Notes under the pieces: generated by a model
The model's database searches: none
The model's input: only the letters and a program-made list of their open reading frames with translations
What the model was told of the DNA's origin: nothing
DNA from: Pseudomonadota bacterium
GTDB lineage: Bacteria > Pseudomonadota > Gammaproteobacteria > JAJDOJ01
Reading direction: 5' to 3'
DNA: 64,000 nucleotides
Assembly: GCA_034722015.1 (NCBI GenBank)
Contig: JAYENI010000157.1
Coordinates: 11 to 64,010 of the forward strand
Shown: positions 38,601-48,052 of the stretch, piece by piece
Numbering within the stretch: position 1 is the first letter of the stretch
Layout: each line of letters starts with the position of its first letter
Made by a program: the position numbers and the translations under genes

Positions 38601-41600
38601 GCAGTCCTCTTGAGGCATACCTGCAATCGAGGAAGCAAAAATTCGCTACCGTAGGGGAGCCTGCCTTTGAAACGGTAGAGGCCGTCGCCACAGAAATTGG
38701 CAGGGTGCTGGGCGTACTCAGGGACGCTCCGGCCAACGTTTCCGTCGACGGGGAACTGCGCGCGCGTATCGACACGATGGCCGAGGAGATGATTCGGTCC
38801 GTAGAAGGCGCGGCGGCGCCAGTGGAAGATGCGGCGGTGGCCCTGCCGGAACCCCCGGTTGTGACGGAGTGCGTGATGCCCGCTGCGACGCTTCCGGGAA
38901 CACCGGACATGCCGGGCGAACAGGACCAGGAACTGGCTGAGCTGTTTCTGGAGGAGGCGACCGACGTCATGGAGGTCGGAGACCGTGCCCTGCAGGCGTG
39001 GTCGGAAAATGCCGACGATCGGGAAGCGGTCACCGAACTGCAGCGTCAGCTGCACACACTCAAGGGTGGGGCGCGCATGGTGGGCTACCCGAAGAGTATC
39101 GGTGACCTGAGCCATGCCCTGGAGTCCATGATTGTCGAGGTTGCCGACGGTCGTTTATCGGGCGGTCGGGAAATGTTCGACATGATGCACCGGTCCTTTG
39201 ATCGCATCAGTGACATGCTCGACCACGCACGGCAGGGGCAACCGGTCTATGCAGACGCCGCGCTGATCGCGGAGATTGCCGGTTTGCGAGGAGAAACCGA
39301 ACCCGCCGAAGCGCAGGGTCCATTACCCGATATGCCGGGCGAACAGGACCAGGAACTGGCGGAGTTGTTTCTGGAGGAGGCGACCGACCTCATGGAGGTC
39401 GGGGACCGCGCCCTGCAGGCGTGGTCGGAGAAGACCGATGATCGCGAAGCGGTCACCGAACTGCAGCGTCAACTGCACACGCTCAAGGGCGGGGCGCGCA
39501 TGGTGGGCTACCCGAAGAGCATCGGTGACCTGAGTCATGCCCTGGAGTCCATGATTGTCGAGGTTGCCGAGGGGCGCCTGTCGGGGAATTCCGACATGTT
39601 CGGTTTGTTGCGCCGGGCATTCGACGGCATCAGTGACATGCTCGACCAGGCGAGGCAGGGGAATCCGGTCTACCCGGCCGTCGGGATACTGGAGGAAATC
39701 GCGCGCCTCCGCGGGGAAGAGCCGGTATTCGAACCGGCGCCGGTACAGCAAGGGCCTGAAGTTCAGGAGGCGCCGCCGGTTGCGGGAACGCCAAGGTCTC
39801 CGCAGCCTTCGGCGCCTCAGGAAGTCATTCGCGTCAAGTCGGACCTGCTGGACAATCTGGTAAACAACGCCGGCGAGGTCAATATTTACCACTCGCGGCT
39901 CGAGCAACAGATATCGTCTTTCGGTTTCAATCTCTGGGAGCTCGAACAAACAGTAGAGCGATTGCGAAAGCAACTGCGCCAGATGGATATCGAGACCGAA
40001 ACGCAAATTCTGTATCGCTACGATCAGGATCCGCAAAAGCCAGGACATGAGGCGGATTTTGATCCCCTGGAACTTGACCGATACTCGACCCTGCAGCAGC
40101 TGTCACGATCACTGGGCGAGAGTGTCAATGACCTGATCAGCATCAAGGATATGTTGAGGGACGTCGTCCGAGACTCCGAGACGCTGCTTCTGCAGCAATC
40201 CAGGGTCAGTACGGATCTGCAGGAAGGATTGATGCGGACCCGAATGGTTCAGTTCGCGGGTCTTGCGCCGCGCTTGCGCCGTGTCGCCCGGCAGACCGCG
40301 CACGAACTGGGGAAAAAGGTCGACGTTCATATCATGGGCGAGACCAACGAACTTGACCGGTCCGTCCTGGACAGGATGGTGGCGCCGCTGGAGCACATGA
40401 TCCGGAATTCAATCTCACATGGACTGGAAATCCCGGAGAAACGCAGAAAGGCCGGTAAACCGGAAACCGGTAACGTACGGATCAGTGTTGACCGGGATGG
40501 CGCCGAGATTGTCGTTCGGGTAGCGGATGACGGTGGTGGCATCGACCTGGAGGCCGTGCGTGCCAAGGCATACAAGCAGGGTCTGATTGGTGACAGCGAC
40601 AAGCTGTCCAATCACGATGTCATGCAGCTAATCCTGGAGTCCGGATTCAGCACGGCGGGTGAAGTCACCCAGATCGCGGGACGCGGTGTCGGCATGGATG
40701 TCGTCGTTAGCGAAATCAAGCAGTTGAACGGTACCCTGACCATTGACTCCACACGCGGTGTCGGTACGGTATTCACTGTGCGGCTGCCCTTCACCCTGGC
40801 GATCAACCAGGCCCTGCTGGTTCAGTTGGGTGAAGACGTGTTTGCCGTCCCGCTGACGAGTATCGAGGGTATCGTGAGAATCAGCGCCGAGGACCTCGGT
40901 GATCGGTACGAGCAGGAAGGCGCCATATATGAGTACGCCGGCAATGCCTATGAACTGAAGTATCTAGGGACGGTGCTTGGATTGCATCAACCCGATCTGA
41001 GTGACCCTTCGAGGATGTATCCCGTGCTTCTGGTCAGATCAGGTGATTTCCGGGCCGGTTTGCAGGTGGACGGCCTGATCGGCAACCGCGAGGTCGTCGT
41101 GAAATCGCTTGGTCCCCAGGTCAGCAAGGCCAGGGGGATATCCGGCGCAACGATTCTCGGTGACGGGCGCGTTGTGCTGATTCTCGATGTCGCCGGCCTG
41201 GTACGCGTCGGGGCGGGGGTCAAGTTCGACTATATTTCCGACAGGCCGCCGGTCGTTTCGGAGGTGCAGACGATCATGGTGATCGACGACTCCATCACCA
41301 TTCGCAAGGTTACCTCGCGAATGCTCGAGCGCAATAACTTCGCCGTAATGACGGCGAAAGACGGCGTCGACGCGGTGAGTCAACTGCAGGAGCAGAAGCC
41401 TGATCTCATGCTGATGGATATCGAGATGCCGCGCATGGATGGTTACGAACTTGCGACGCACGTTCGTAACAACCCGGATCTGAAGGATATCCCGATTATC
41501 ATGATCACGTCGCGAACAGGCCAGAAACACAGACAGAGGGCGGAGAACATCGGTGTCAACAAGTATCTGGGCAAACCCTATCAGGAGAGCGACCTGCTTG

Positions 41601-41623
41601 GATCCATCAAGGAGCTGCTCTAG
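35669..41623 (+). CDS. chpA: multi-Hpt hybrid histidine kinase ChpA (CheA-like with C-terminal receiver)
   Basis: 1984 aa. At least four Hpt motifs (HTLKGS/GGARMVG). CheA dimerisation and HATPase domains (RNSISHGLE, GRGVGMDVV), a CheW-like domain, and a terminal receiver (VIDDSITIRK...DIEMPRMDGYEL). Confidence 0.85.
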   Translation: MKASHSVEGNKLSWVKKELDELLKDARLALQDYIEEDHDVYQLDEVVALLRQAGGTLQMVEVKGAAILSREMVDLTIALKEGKVEQRDEAFEQLLSSVMKLQDYLDHVEAGNRDVPAVLLPLLNDMRSARGADPMTGKVLFFPELGDIDPDIDTGTIGDIQADFPALRQTFQVGLLGWFRGDDAKGNLARMLTVTARLYRDAETPAARRLWAASSALTEALAMEGLEAGVTVKNLLGRVDREIRELIDVGEAGVDDALREDLIKNLLYYVAQADERGRFVSAVKAQFSLSQVLPDEQELEKVRERLSGPGAEVLAAVSDAVREDLAEVKDNLEIFFAQGQKNTGDLDAVIMRLHRIADTLGMLGLGTAREKVMNQADIVNQIVSGESGSSEIAIMNMATVVINVESALDDFVSFRSPQDEAAGDVFSTGVLPPAEVLKLRETLVGEVLHDIETIKDSIIEYTSAPDQKERLGAVPVTLDNLSGALVVANAQAVAPLLKSIRDYVSERILEGGETPDPLALEHLADAVSSAEYYIESLKNQGRSIDAILEPGESGMARLGYPVQAVPLSNQEVEEAPSVLDLPYDSTGTFGDVVALEDEVKKTVVPLTPQESASEEMLVVATDTGVGDTKASGAPGDEYRDLVVLEKGADDEILEIFLEEADEVVGQVVELFPEWRRDTDDDETLVTIRRMFHTLKGSGRMVGAGVIAEFSWAYENLINRVLDNTVAPGPELMEAMTSAVDMLPQLVEQIKGEGEPDKDVFFMMAVAHALSKPGTPVPEQEPAGEVAGRGPEGPAEAEEAWEALKEVFGGDVGEVKTEVSEPAAEEGEEPVERKAKDKAKAKGKLKGKAKAKAKPKGKAKAKAKASPVVDETPQPADRVVEVDLQPFAEPPILERPEPEVVSGAEEVELPLVAEGGFDPELLEIFLTEATQHQRDFDSLIQASVKQRARLPLSDELLRAVHTLNGSARTTGVPAIHELCSPLEAYLQSRKQKFATVGEPAFETVEAVATEIGRVLGVLRDAPANVSVDGELRARIDTMAEEMIRSVEGAAAPVEDAAVALPEPPVVTECVMPAATLPGTPDMPGEQDQELAELFLEEATDVMEVGDRALQAWSENADDREAVTELQRQLHTLKGGARMVGYPKSIGDLSHALESMIVEVADGRLSGGREMFDMMHRSFDRISDMLDHARQGQPVYADAALIAEIAGLRGETEPAEAQGPLPDMPGEQDQELAELFLEEATDLMEVGDRALQAWSEKTDDREAVTELQRQLHTLKGGARMVGYPKSIGDLSHALESMIVEVAEGRLSGNSDMFGLLRRAFDGISDMLDQARQGNPVYPAVGILEEIARLRGEEPVFEPAPVQQGPEVQEAPPVAGTPRSPQPSAPQEVIRVKSDLLDNLVNNAGEVNIYHSRLEQQISSFGFNLWELEQTVERLRKQLRQMDIETETQILYRYDQDPQKPGHEADFDPLELDRYSTLQQLSRSLGESVNDLISIKDMLRDVVRDSETLLLQQSRVSTDLQEGLMRTRMVQFAGLAPRLRRVARQTAHELGKKVDVHIMGETNELDRSVLDRMVAPLEHMIRNSISHGLEIPEKRRKAGKPETGNVRISVDRDGAEIVVRVADDGGGIDLEAVRAKAYKQGLIGDSDKLSNHDVMQLILESGFSTAGEVTQIAGRGVGMDVVVSEIKQLNGTLTIDSTRGVGTVFTVRLPFTLAINQALLVQLGEDVFAVPLTSIEGIVRISAEDLGDRYEQEGAIYEYAGNAYELKYLGTVLGLHQPDLSDPSRMYPVLLVRSGDFRAGLQVDGLIGNREVVVKSLGPQVSKARGISGATILGDGRVVLILDVAGLVRVGAGVKFDYISDRPPVVSEVQTIMVIDDSITIRKVTSRMLERNNFAVMTAKDGVDAVSQLQEQKPDLMLMDIEMPRMDGYELATHVRNNPDLKDIPIIMITSRTGQKHRQRAENIGVNKYLGKPYQESDLLGSIKELL
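38909..39754 (+). repeat. intragenic tandem duplication, 2 x 423 bp (141 codons), inside chpA
   Basis: The units start at 38909 and 39332 with ATGCCGGGCGAACAGGACCAGGAACTGGC. They are near-identical over ~300 bp (through GTCGAGGTTGCCGA) and then diverge. Each unit encodes one Hpt domain (LQRQLHTLKGGARMVGYPKSIGDLSHALESMIVEVA). Confidence 0.8.
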
Positions 41624-41733
41624 TTTGTCACTTGAGTTACGTCGCGATGAGGCCGGGATTGTAACGACGGGCCGATTGCTTTGTGGCGATCGGATGGGGC
41701 CCAGGCCTACGTCGGTATCAGGACTGCAACAAT

Positions 41734-42204
41734 ATGGCTGAATCAATCGTTCAGGTTAGTTCCCTTCTCCTGCCGATGCGCGGGTTCAATCTCGTGCTGC
41801 CGCATGCCAATATTGCCGAAGTGCTGCAGGGAGTCGAGTTCGAGTCGTCCAGCGACGATATTCCATGGCTCGTCGGTAGTTTCGAGTGGCGAGGGATCAG
41901 GATCCCCGTGGTTTCTTTCGAGACCCTGTGCGGTCGCGAGTCGGGCCCGACCGGTAAAGCGGCGGCCTGCGTCGTTGTGTACGGTCTGGAAGGGATTGGC
42001 GATCTGCAATTCTACGCCCTGGAGTTGCAAGCGCTTCCCCGTCCGATGGTGCTCGATGCCGACCGCGTAGAGTCGGTCAGCGACGATTCCGGGGATCGGA
42101 ACGCCTTCGTCGCCCAAAACGTCCTGGTTGCGGGGCAGCCGGGCATCATCCCGGAACTGGCTGGCGTCGAGCGAGGAATCGTGGCAGACCGCCTGGGCGG
42201 GTAA
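41734..42204 (+). CDS. chpC: CheW-like protein ChpC
   Basis: CheW-fold protein immediately after chpA. Trimmed to ATG 41734. Confidence 0.6.
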   Translation: MAESIVQVSSLLLPMRGFNLVLPHANIAEVLQGVEFESSSDDIPWLVGSFEWRGIRIPVVSFETLCGRESGPTGKAAACVVVYGLEGIGDLQFYALELQALPRPMVLDADRVESVSDDSGDRNAFVAQNVLVAGQPGIIPELAGVERGIVADRLGG

Positions 42205-42224
42205 TATCCGTTCCGGGCGAAAGC

Positions 42225-42387
42225 TAAGGCGATTTCTGTCAAATGACATACCATCCTGCTTGTCTTTTCGTCCGTCCCCTGTGTTGCGACAACCGTTCCA
42301 TCGTTCGACTATGCAACTGTTCTCGCGCCTTGAAGGCGAACGAAAATCCGGCGCAATCTGGTACGTCATTTTCCGGCAATCGCCTAA
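42225..42387 (+). repeat. MITE-like TIR element, copy 9 (between chpC and rsmE)
   Basis: TAAGGCGATTTCTGTCAAATGACATACC...GGTACGTCATTTTCCGGCAATCGCCTAA. Confidence 0.85.
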
Positions 42388-42394
42388 CGGCACG

Positions 42395-43135
42395 CTAGAA
42401 GTCCCCCCACAGCGTTTGTGCCGCCGCCATCGCGGCAACAGCCGCCGTCTCGGCTCTCAGCGTTCTGGGTCCCAGGCGCACACTCCGGAATCCGGCCTGT
42501 TGGCACTGTTCGATCTCGTGCCGGGTAAGCCCGCCTTCCGGACCGCAAGCCAGCGTCAATTGCTCAGGCGGCTCATCTGTGTCAAGAAATCCCGAACTGG
42601 CTGCAGGGTCCAGCACGAAGGTATTTTTACCGTTGGCGTCAGCCAGCGCGTCAGCCAGCGCGTCGGCCAGATGCAGCGGAGGCCGCAGCCGGGGCAGCCG
42701 GGATCTGCCGCACTGCTCGCAGGCGCTGATGACCACTCCTCGCCAATGAATGTGCTTGCGTTCAAGCCGCGAACCCTGGACAGGTCGTTCCGATCGCTCG
42801 GTCCATATCGGCTGGATGTCATTGATCCCCAGTTCAACCGTTTTCTGCAATGCATAGTCCATGCGGTCGCCGCGAAGGACGCTTTGCATCAGCCCGGCCG
42901 TCAACCCGGACTCGGTATCGACGGGGATCCGGTCGCCCGGGGTCACCGTGGCGCCGCGGCGATCGACCTGTGTGATGATGGCGACACGTTCGGTGCCGTT
43001 TCCGTCGAACACCCGCACCTGTGTCCCTGATTTCAGACGCAGCACGTTGATGAGATGGTGGTGTGCGCGCGGATCCAGGCGGATTTGCAAATCCTTCTCC
43101 AGCGCGCCGTCGACATAGATGCGTGGAATGCGCAT
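42395..43135 (-). CDS. rsmE: 16S rRNA (uracil1498-N3)-methyltransferase RsmE
   Basis: N-terminal PUA-like region (MRIPRIYVDGAL...), C-terminal SPOUT knot, ~245 aa. Confidence 0.8.
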   Translation of the reverse strand: MRIPRIYVDGALEKDLQIRLDPRAHHHLINVLRLKSGTQVRVFDGNGTERVAIITQVDRRGATVTPGDRIPVDTESGLTAGLMQSVLRGDRMDYALQKTVELGINDIQPIWTERSERPVQGSRLERKHIHWRGVVISACEQCGRSRLPRLRPPLHLADALADALADANGKNTFVLDPAASSGFLDTDEPPEQLTLACGPEGGLTRHEIEQCQQAGFRSVRLGPRTLRAETAAVAAMAAAQTLWGDF

Positions 43136-43200
43136 ACAGGATCCTGGAATTTCGTTTTGAATGGCCGGGTGCTATCCCGTGAATCGAATACGCGTGACAG

Positions 43201-44079
43201 TCAGGCCGATTCGCTGACCGGGCCACGCACATCCAGGCCAAGGTTTTTCCAGATGGCGATCGTCGGCAATGCAAGATTCATCGTATAGAAATGCAGTCCC
43301 GGCGCTCCCCGGGTTAGCAGGTCGTCGCAAAGACGCGTGACAACGTCGACGCCGAAGGCCCTGAGAGAATCCGTGTCGTCGCCAAAATCCTCCAGGCGCC
43401 AGCGTAACCATCGCGGGATTTCCGCACCGCAGCCGCCGGAGAACCGGGCCAGCTGCCTGAAGTTGATGATGGGCATGATGCCGGGAACGACCGGCAGGTC
43501 CAGCCCCATGGCTTCGCAACGGTCTATGAAGCGAAAATACGCCTCGGCGTTGTAGAAGTACTGGGTAATCGCGCTGTTCGCGCCTGCTTCGACTTTCTGG
43601 CGGAAATGCTCCAGGTCGTCCCTGGCGCTGGCCGCTTCCGGATGGAACTCGGGGTAGGCGGCTACATCGATGTGGAAGTGATCGCCGGTCTCCTCGCGTA
43701 TGAAACGGACAAGATCACTTGCATACCGAAAATCTCCACCGTGACGGACGCCTGAGGGGATATCTCCACGGAGCGCAATCACATGGCGTATGCCGTTGTC
43801 GCGGTAGGTCTCGATGACCTGGTGAACCTGATCGCGGTCGGCGCCGATTCCCGAGATATGCGGCGCCGCCATACATCCCGCGCCGGCGATCTCCAGGACC
43901 GTCTCAAGCGTCTTTTCCCTTGTCGAACCGCCGGCCCCGAAGGTGACCGAGAAGAAGCGGGGATCGAGTTCGGACGACAGGCGTTGCCGTGTCCTGTGGA
44001 GTTTCTTCTCGCCCTCGGGAGACCTGGGTGGAAAGAACTCTACGCTGAATATCCTTTCGTGCCGTTGCTGTGACTTCAT
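43201..44079 (-). CDS. metF: 5,10-methylenetetrahydrofolate reductase
   Basis: SVEFFPPRS, FAD-binding TIM barrel motifs. ATG 44079 chosen over the track's GTG 44100. Confidence 0.85.
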   Translation of the reverse strand: MKSQQRHERIFSVEFFPPRSPEGEKKLHRTRQRLSSELDPRFFSVTFGAGGSTREKTLETVLEIAGAGCMAAPHISGIGADRDQVHQVIETYRDNGIRHVIALRGDIPSGVRHGGDFRYASDLVRFIREETGDHFHIDVAAYPEFHPEAASARDDLEHFRQKVEAGANSAITQYFYNAEAYFRFIDRCEAMGLDLPVVPGIMPIINFRQLARFSGGCGAEIPRWLRWRLEDFGDDTDSLRAFGVDVVTRLCDDLLTRGAPGLHFYTMNLALPTIAIWKNLGLDVRGPVSESA

Positions 44080-44150
44080 TGGCTCCTGAATCCATGTCAC
44101 CCGCCCGTCCCGGCCTCTCGCGGCCGTGGTTCACTTCCGGGCACGCCGCC

Positions 44151-45575
44151 TCAGTAGCGGTAGTAGTCCGGTTTGTAGGGGCCTTCCTGTGGGACCCCGA
44201 TATACTCGGCCTGCCGGGGAGTCAAGGTCGTCATCTTCGCGCCGATTTTTTCCAGGTGAAGCCGGGCGACCTCTTCGTCGAGTTTCTTTGGAAGTACGTA
44301 TACCCGTTTCTCATACTCAGCCGGTTTGACCCAGAGTTCCATTTGAGCCAGCACCTGGTTGGTGAAAGAGTTTGACATGACGAAACTCGGGTGGCCTGTG
44401 GCGCATCCCAGGTTTACCAGACGACCCTGGGCCAGCAGTATGATGCGTTTGCCATCCGGGAAAATGATGTGATCAACCTGGGGTTTGATATTCTCCCACT
44501 CGTACACGCTGACGCCGGCCACATCGATTTCGTTGTCGAAATGACCGATGTTGCAGACGATCGCCTGGTTTTTCATGTTGGCCATGTGATCGTGGGTAAT
44601 CACGTGGTAGTTTCCGGTGGCGGTAACGAATACGTCGGCCTTGTCGGCGGCCTCTTCCAGCGTGACGACCCGGTAACCCTCCATCGCTGCCTGCAGGGCG
44701 CAGATGGGATCGATCTCTGTCACCCAGACGGTACAGCCCAGGCCGCGAAGCGACTGACAGCAACCCTTGCCTACGTCTCCATATCCGCAAACCAGGGCGA
44801 TCTTGCCTGCGAGCATGACGTCCGTCGCGCGCTTGATTCCGTCGACCAGTGACTCCCGGCATCCGTAGAGATTGTCGAATTTGGATTTGGTCACCGAATC
44901 GTTGACGTTGATTGCCGGGAAGGGCAGTTCGCCCTCGTCTTCCATCTGATAGAGGCGATGAACCCCTGTGGTGGTTTCTTCCGTTACCCCACGGATATTC
45001 TTCTTGATCGCGGAATACCAGCCGGGGTGGGTGGAGATTCGGGACTTGATCGAGGCGTACAGGACCCTTTCTTCCTCGCTTTCCGGATTGTCCAGAACAG
45101 AGGGGTCATTTTCGGCCTTCGCGCCGAGTGTGACCAGCATCGTGGCGTCACCGCCGTCGTCAAGAATCATGTTGGGTGTTCCACCGTCGTCCCATTCCAT
45201 GATCCGGTGCGTAAAGGCCCAGTATTCCTCAAGACTTTCGCCCTTGAAGGCGAATACCGGAATCCCGTCCCGGGCGATTGCGGCGGCGGCATGGTCCTGT
45301 GTGGAGAAGATATTGCATGAGGCCCAGCGGACCTCTGCTCCCAGTGCGGTCAGCGTCTCGATCAGCACCGCGGTCTGGATCGTCATGTGAAGACTGCCCG
45401 CGATGCGGGCGCCCCTCAATGGTTGTTCCGCCGTGTATTTTTCTCGCAGGGCCATGAGTCCCGGCATCTCTGTTTCGGCGATGGCAATTTCCTTGCGGCC
45501 CCACCCGGCAAGTTCAAGGTCCGCGACGTGGAATTCGGGGCGAAGGTTTTCTGCTGTCTGTGTCGTCATATTCAT
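44151..45575 (-). CDS. ahcY: adenosylhomocysteinase
   Basis: NAD-binding [17 protein letters not shown] and catalytic-domain motifs, 474 aa. Confidence 0.9.
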   Translation of the reverse strand: MNMTTQTAENLRPEFHVADLELAGWGRKEIAIAETEMPGLMALREKYTAEQPLRGARIAGSLHMTIQTAVLIETLTALGAEVRWASCNIFSTQDHAAAAIARDGIPVFAFKGESLEEYWAFTHRIMEWDDGGTPNMILDDGGDATMLVTLGAKAENDPSVLDNPESEEERVLYASIKSRISTHPGWYSAIKKNIRGVTEETTTGVHRLYQMEDEGELPFPAINVNDSVTKSKFDNLYGCRESLVDGIKRATDVMLAGKIALVCGYGDVGKGCCQSLRGLGCTVWVTEIDPICALQAAMEGYRVVTLEEAADKADVFVTATGNYHVITHDHMANMKNQAIVCNIGHFDNEIDVAGVSVYEWENIKPQVDHIIFPDGKRIILLAQGRLVNLGCATGHPSFVMSNSFTNQVLAQMELWVKPAEYEKRVYVLPKKLDEEVARLHLEKIGAKMTTLTPRQAEYIGVPQEGPYKPDYYRY

Positions 45576-45586
45576 TTCCCTGTAAT

Positions 45587-46783
45587 TCAGGAACCGGCAA
45601 CCTGGATCTGGGCGCCCAGCCCGGCATCGTCTCTCAGCTCCGCGGCCTTGTCGGTCCGTTCCCAGGTGAACTCAGGTTCCTCTCGCCCGAAGTGACCGTA
45701 GGCGGCGGTTTTCTGATAGATCGGGCGAACCAGATCCAGCATTCTGGCCAGTCCGTAGGGCCTGAGGTCAAAATGCCCCCGTATCAGGGCGACGATCCTT
45801 TCATCCGGGATCTTGCCGGTTCCGTAGGTCTCGACGGATATGGATGTCGGTTCGGCTACGCCGATCGCGTAAGAGACCTGTATCTCGCAGCGCTCGGCCA
45901 GACCGGCGGCGACCACGTTTTTGGCGACGTACCGCGCGGCATAGGCAGCCGAACGATCCACCTTCGAAGGATCCTTTCCGGAAAACGCGCCGCCACCGTG
46001 CCGCGCGGCGCCGCCGTAGGTGTCCACGATAATCTTGCGGCCGGTGAGCCCGCAATCGCCCACCGGGCCACCGATGACGAAACTGCCGGTCGGATTGATA
46101 TGGTATCGCGTATTCGAATCCGTCCACTGGGGCGGCAGTACCGGTTGGATGATGTTTTCCATGACCGCTTCACGCAGGTGCCCGTAGTCGATATCCGGGT
46201 CGTGCTGCGTCGACAGGACGACGGCGTCGATCCCGGAGATCCTGCCGTCCTCGTAGCGGAACGTGACCTGGCTCTTCGCGTCGGGGCGAAGCCACGGGAG
46301 CACGTGAGTCTTGCGCATTTCGGCCTGCCGCTCCACCAGACGATGGGCGAAGGTGATCGGGGCTGGCATCAGGACGTCGGTTTCGCTGGTCGCGTAGCCG
46401 AACATGAGTCCCTGGTCACCTGCACCCTGGCTCTGCGGTGCGGTACGGTCGACACCCCGTGCAATATCCGATGACTGCTTACCGATCAGGGACATGACCG
46501 CACAGGTGCTGCCATCGAACCCTACGTCGGAGCTCGTGTAGCCAATGTCGCAGACGACCTTGCGAGCCAGTTCGTCGAGGTCGATCCAGGCCTCCGTCGT
46601 AATCTCGCCCGCGAGGATCACGGCCCCGGTTTTTACCATGGTTTCACACGCGACACGTGCGTTCTCCGGCGCGGGATCCTGTTCGAGAATCGCGTCGAGC
46701 ACCGCGTCAGAGATCTGGTCGGCGATCTTGTCGGGGTGACCCTCCGAGACCGACTCGGAGGTGAAAAGAAAATTGTCAGACAT
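45587..46783 (-). CDS. metK: S-adenosylmethionine synthetase
   Basis: [23 protein letters not shown] and GGGAFSGKD signatures. Trimmed to ATG 46783. Confidence 0.9.
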   Translation of the reverse strand: MSDNFLFTSESVSEGHPDKIADQISDAVLDAILEQDPAPENARVACETMVKTGAVILAGEITTEAWIDLDELARKVVCDIGYTSSDVGFDGSTCAVMSLIGKQSSDIARGVDRTAPQSQGAGDQGLMFGYATSETDVLMPAPITFAHRLVERQAEMRKTHVLPWLRPDAKSQVTFRYEDGRISGIDAVVLSTQHDPDIDYGHLREAVMENIIQPVLPPQWTDSNTRYHINPTGSFVIGGPVGDCGLTGRKIIVDTYGGAARHGGGAFSGKDPSKVDRSAAYAARYVAKNVVAAGLAERCEIQVSYAIGVAEPTSISVETYGTGKIPDERIVALIRGHFDLRPYGLARMLDLVRPIYQKTAAYGHFGREEPEFTWERTDKAAELRDDAGLGAQIQVAGS

Positions 46784-47005
46784 CCGGGTAGAAACCTCCA
46801 CTAGATGGGGTTGCGTGCGGGAAGGGGCTGATTTCCCGCCAGGTTATTTCGGGCGCGATATATTATCAGATTACGTGGCTTGGCGCGAACCCGGGTTCTC
46901 GGGGAGGCGGCGTACTCCCAAATCACACCTAACGGATGCAATCCACCGGAAAGTCGATTAGGCTGCGCCACCCCAGTCTCTATCAGCCGGTCAGGGAGCT
47001 AGCGA

Positions 47006-47566
47006 ATGGTCAGTCTTGAAACCCCGGTTTGCGAATTCGGGAAACACGCCGTCGATTTCGACCTGCCAGGTGTCGACGGGCACCGCTGGGCCCTGTCCCG
47101 GTGCCGGGGGAAACGTGGTCTGCTGGTCATGTTCATCTGCAATCACTGCCCCTACGTCAAGGCCGTGCGTGACCGCATCGTCAGGGACACACGTGAGCTG
47201 ATGGAGCACGGAATCAACAGTGTGGCAATTATGTCGAACGACCCTGCCGAATATCCTGAGGATTCGTTCGAGAACATGAAGCGGGTGGCGGAGGAGTTCG
47301 ATTTCCCTTTCCCGTATCTCCTGGACGAGACGCAGGAAGTCGTCAGGGCGTACGGGGCTGTTTGTACTCCCGATTTCTTTGGTTACAACGCGGACCTTGA
47401 GCTTCAGTATCGGGGCAGACTGGATGCCAGCCGCAAGGAGGCTGCCCCTGAGGACGTTCGCCGGGACCTGTTCGAAGCCATGAAACAGGTGGCGGAATCG
47501 GGTAAGGGGCCACAGGATCAGATCCCGGGGATGGGTTGCTCCATTAAATGGCGCGAACGGTCCTGA
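47006..47566 (+). CDS. thioredoxin-fold thiol-disulfide oxidoreductase family protein
   Basis: CxxC motif FICNHCPYV in a redoxin-like fold, 186 aa. Confidence 0.6.
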   Translation: MVSLETPVCEFGKHAVDFDLPGVDGHRWALSRCRGKRGLLVMFICNHCPYVKAVRDRIVRDTRELMEHGINSVAIMSNDPAEYPEDSFENMKRVAEEFDFPFPYLLDETQEVVRAYGAVCTPDFFGYNADLELQYRGRLDASRKEAAPEDVRRDLFEAMKQVAESGKGPQDQIPGMGCSIKWRERS

Positions 47567-47765
47567 GTCCTGGTGACATGCACCCGCGGCGGCAGATGTG
47601 GTTCTCCAAATTCTCCTTCTTTCAATGACTGTTGTTTCGGCTGCCTCGTGCAATCCGATTGACAGCGGGATCTTCTGGGTCGTCGATCATATATCGTAAC
47701 CAGCTGATAGCATTGGAAAAGGTAGCGGTATTTGCGCGCCGCTCCCCGTGTGCAGGGAGGGCATT

Positions 47766-47782
47766 GTATAAAAATTTTATAC
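47766..47782. promoter_or_regulatory. perfect 8-bp-arm palindrome GTATAAAA-A-TTTTATAC in the 486-bp tkt leader/promoter region
   Basis: Read directly from the sequence. It sits ~270 bp upstream of the tkt ATG in an AT-rich patch TTGTATAAAAATTTTATACCTACCTATTAATACAC. Confidence 0.35.
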
Positions 47783-48052
47783 CTACCTATTAATACACCG
47801 ATGTTGCTGCCATCGCCCACTTTGGTGAGAATCCCCGCTTTTGCGCGATTCCGTCCTTGGTAAGGTGTCGCACTCGGGCGCACTAACGAAGAAAAATGGG
47901 AGCGTCCCGGCAATCACCTGAAACCCGGAAATAACAAACTGTATGGCCAAGCATCTGCCGACGCCCGGTGCCTCCCGGGGCCCCGATTCTGCGTGGTGCG
48001 TTCGCAAGGTCGAGTCGCGAATCTGCAAGTTTTAAACTAAGGAGTCACTTAG

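Noticed and set aside
46784-47005. Possible SAM riboswitch in the metK 5' region
   Set aside because: I could not recognise the conserved SAM-I/SAM-II pseudoknot elements by eye, and gammaproteobacterial metK is not normally riboswitch-controlled. Needs an Infernal search before any claim.
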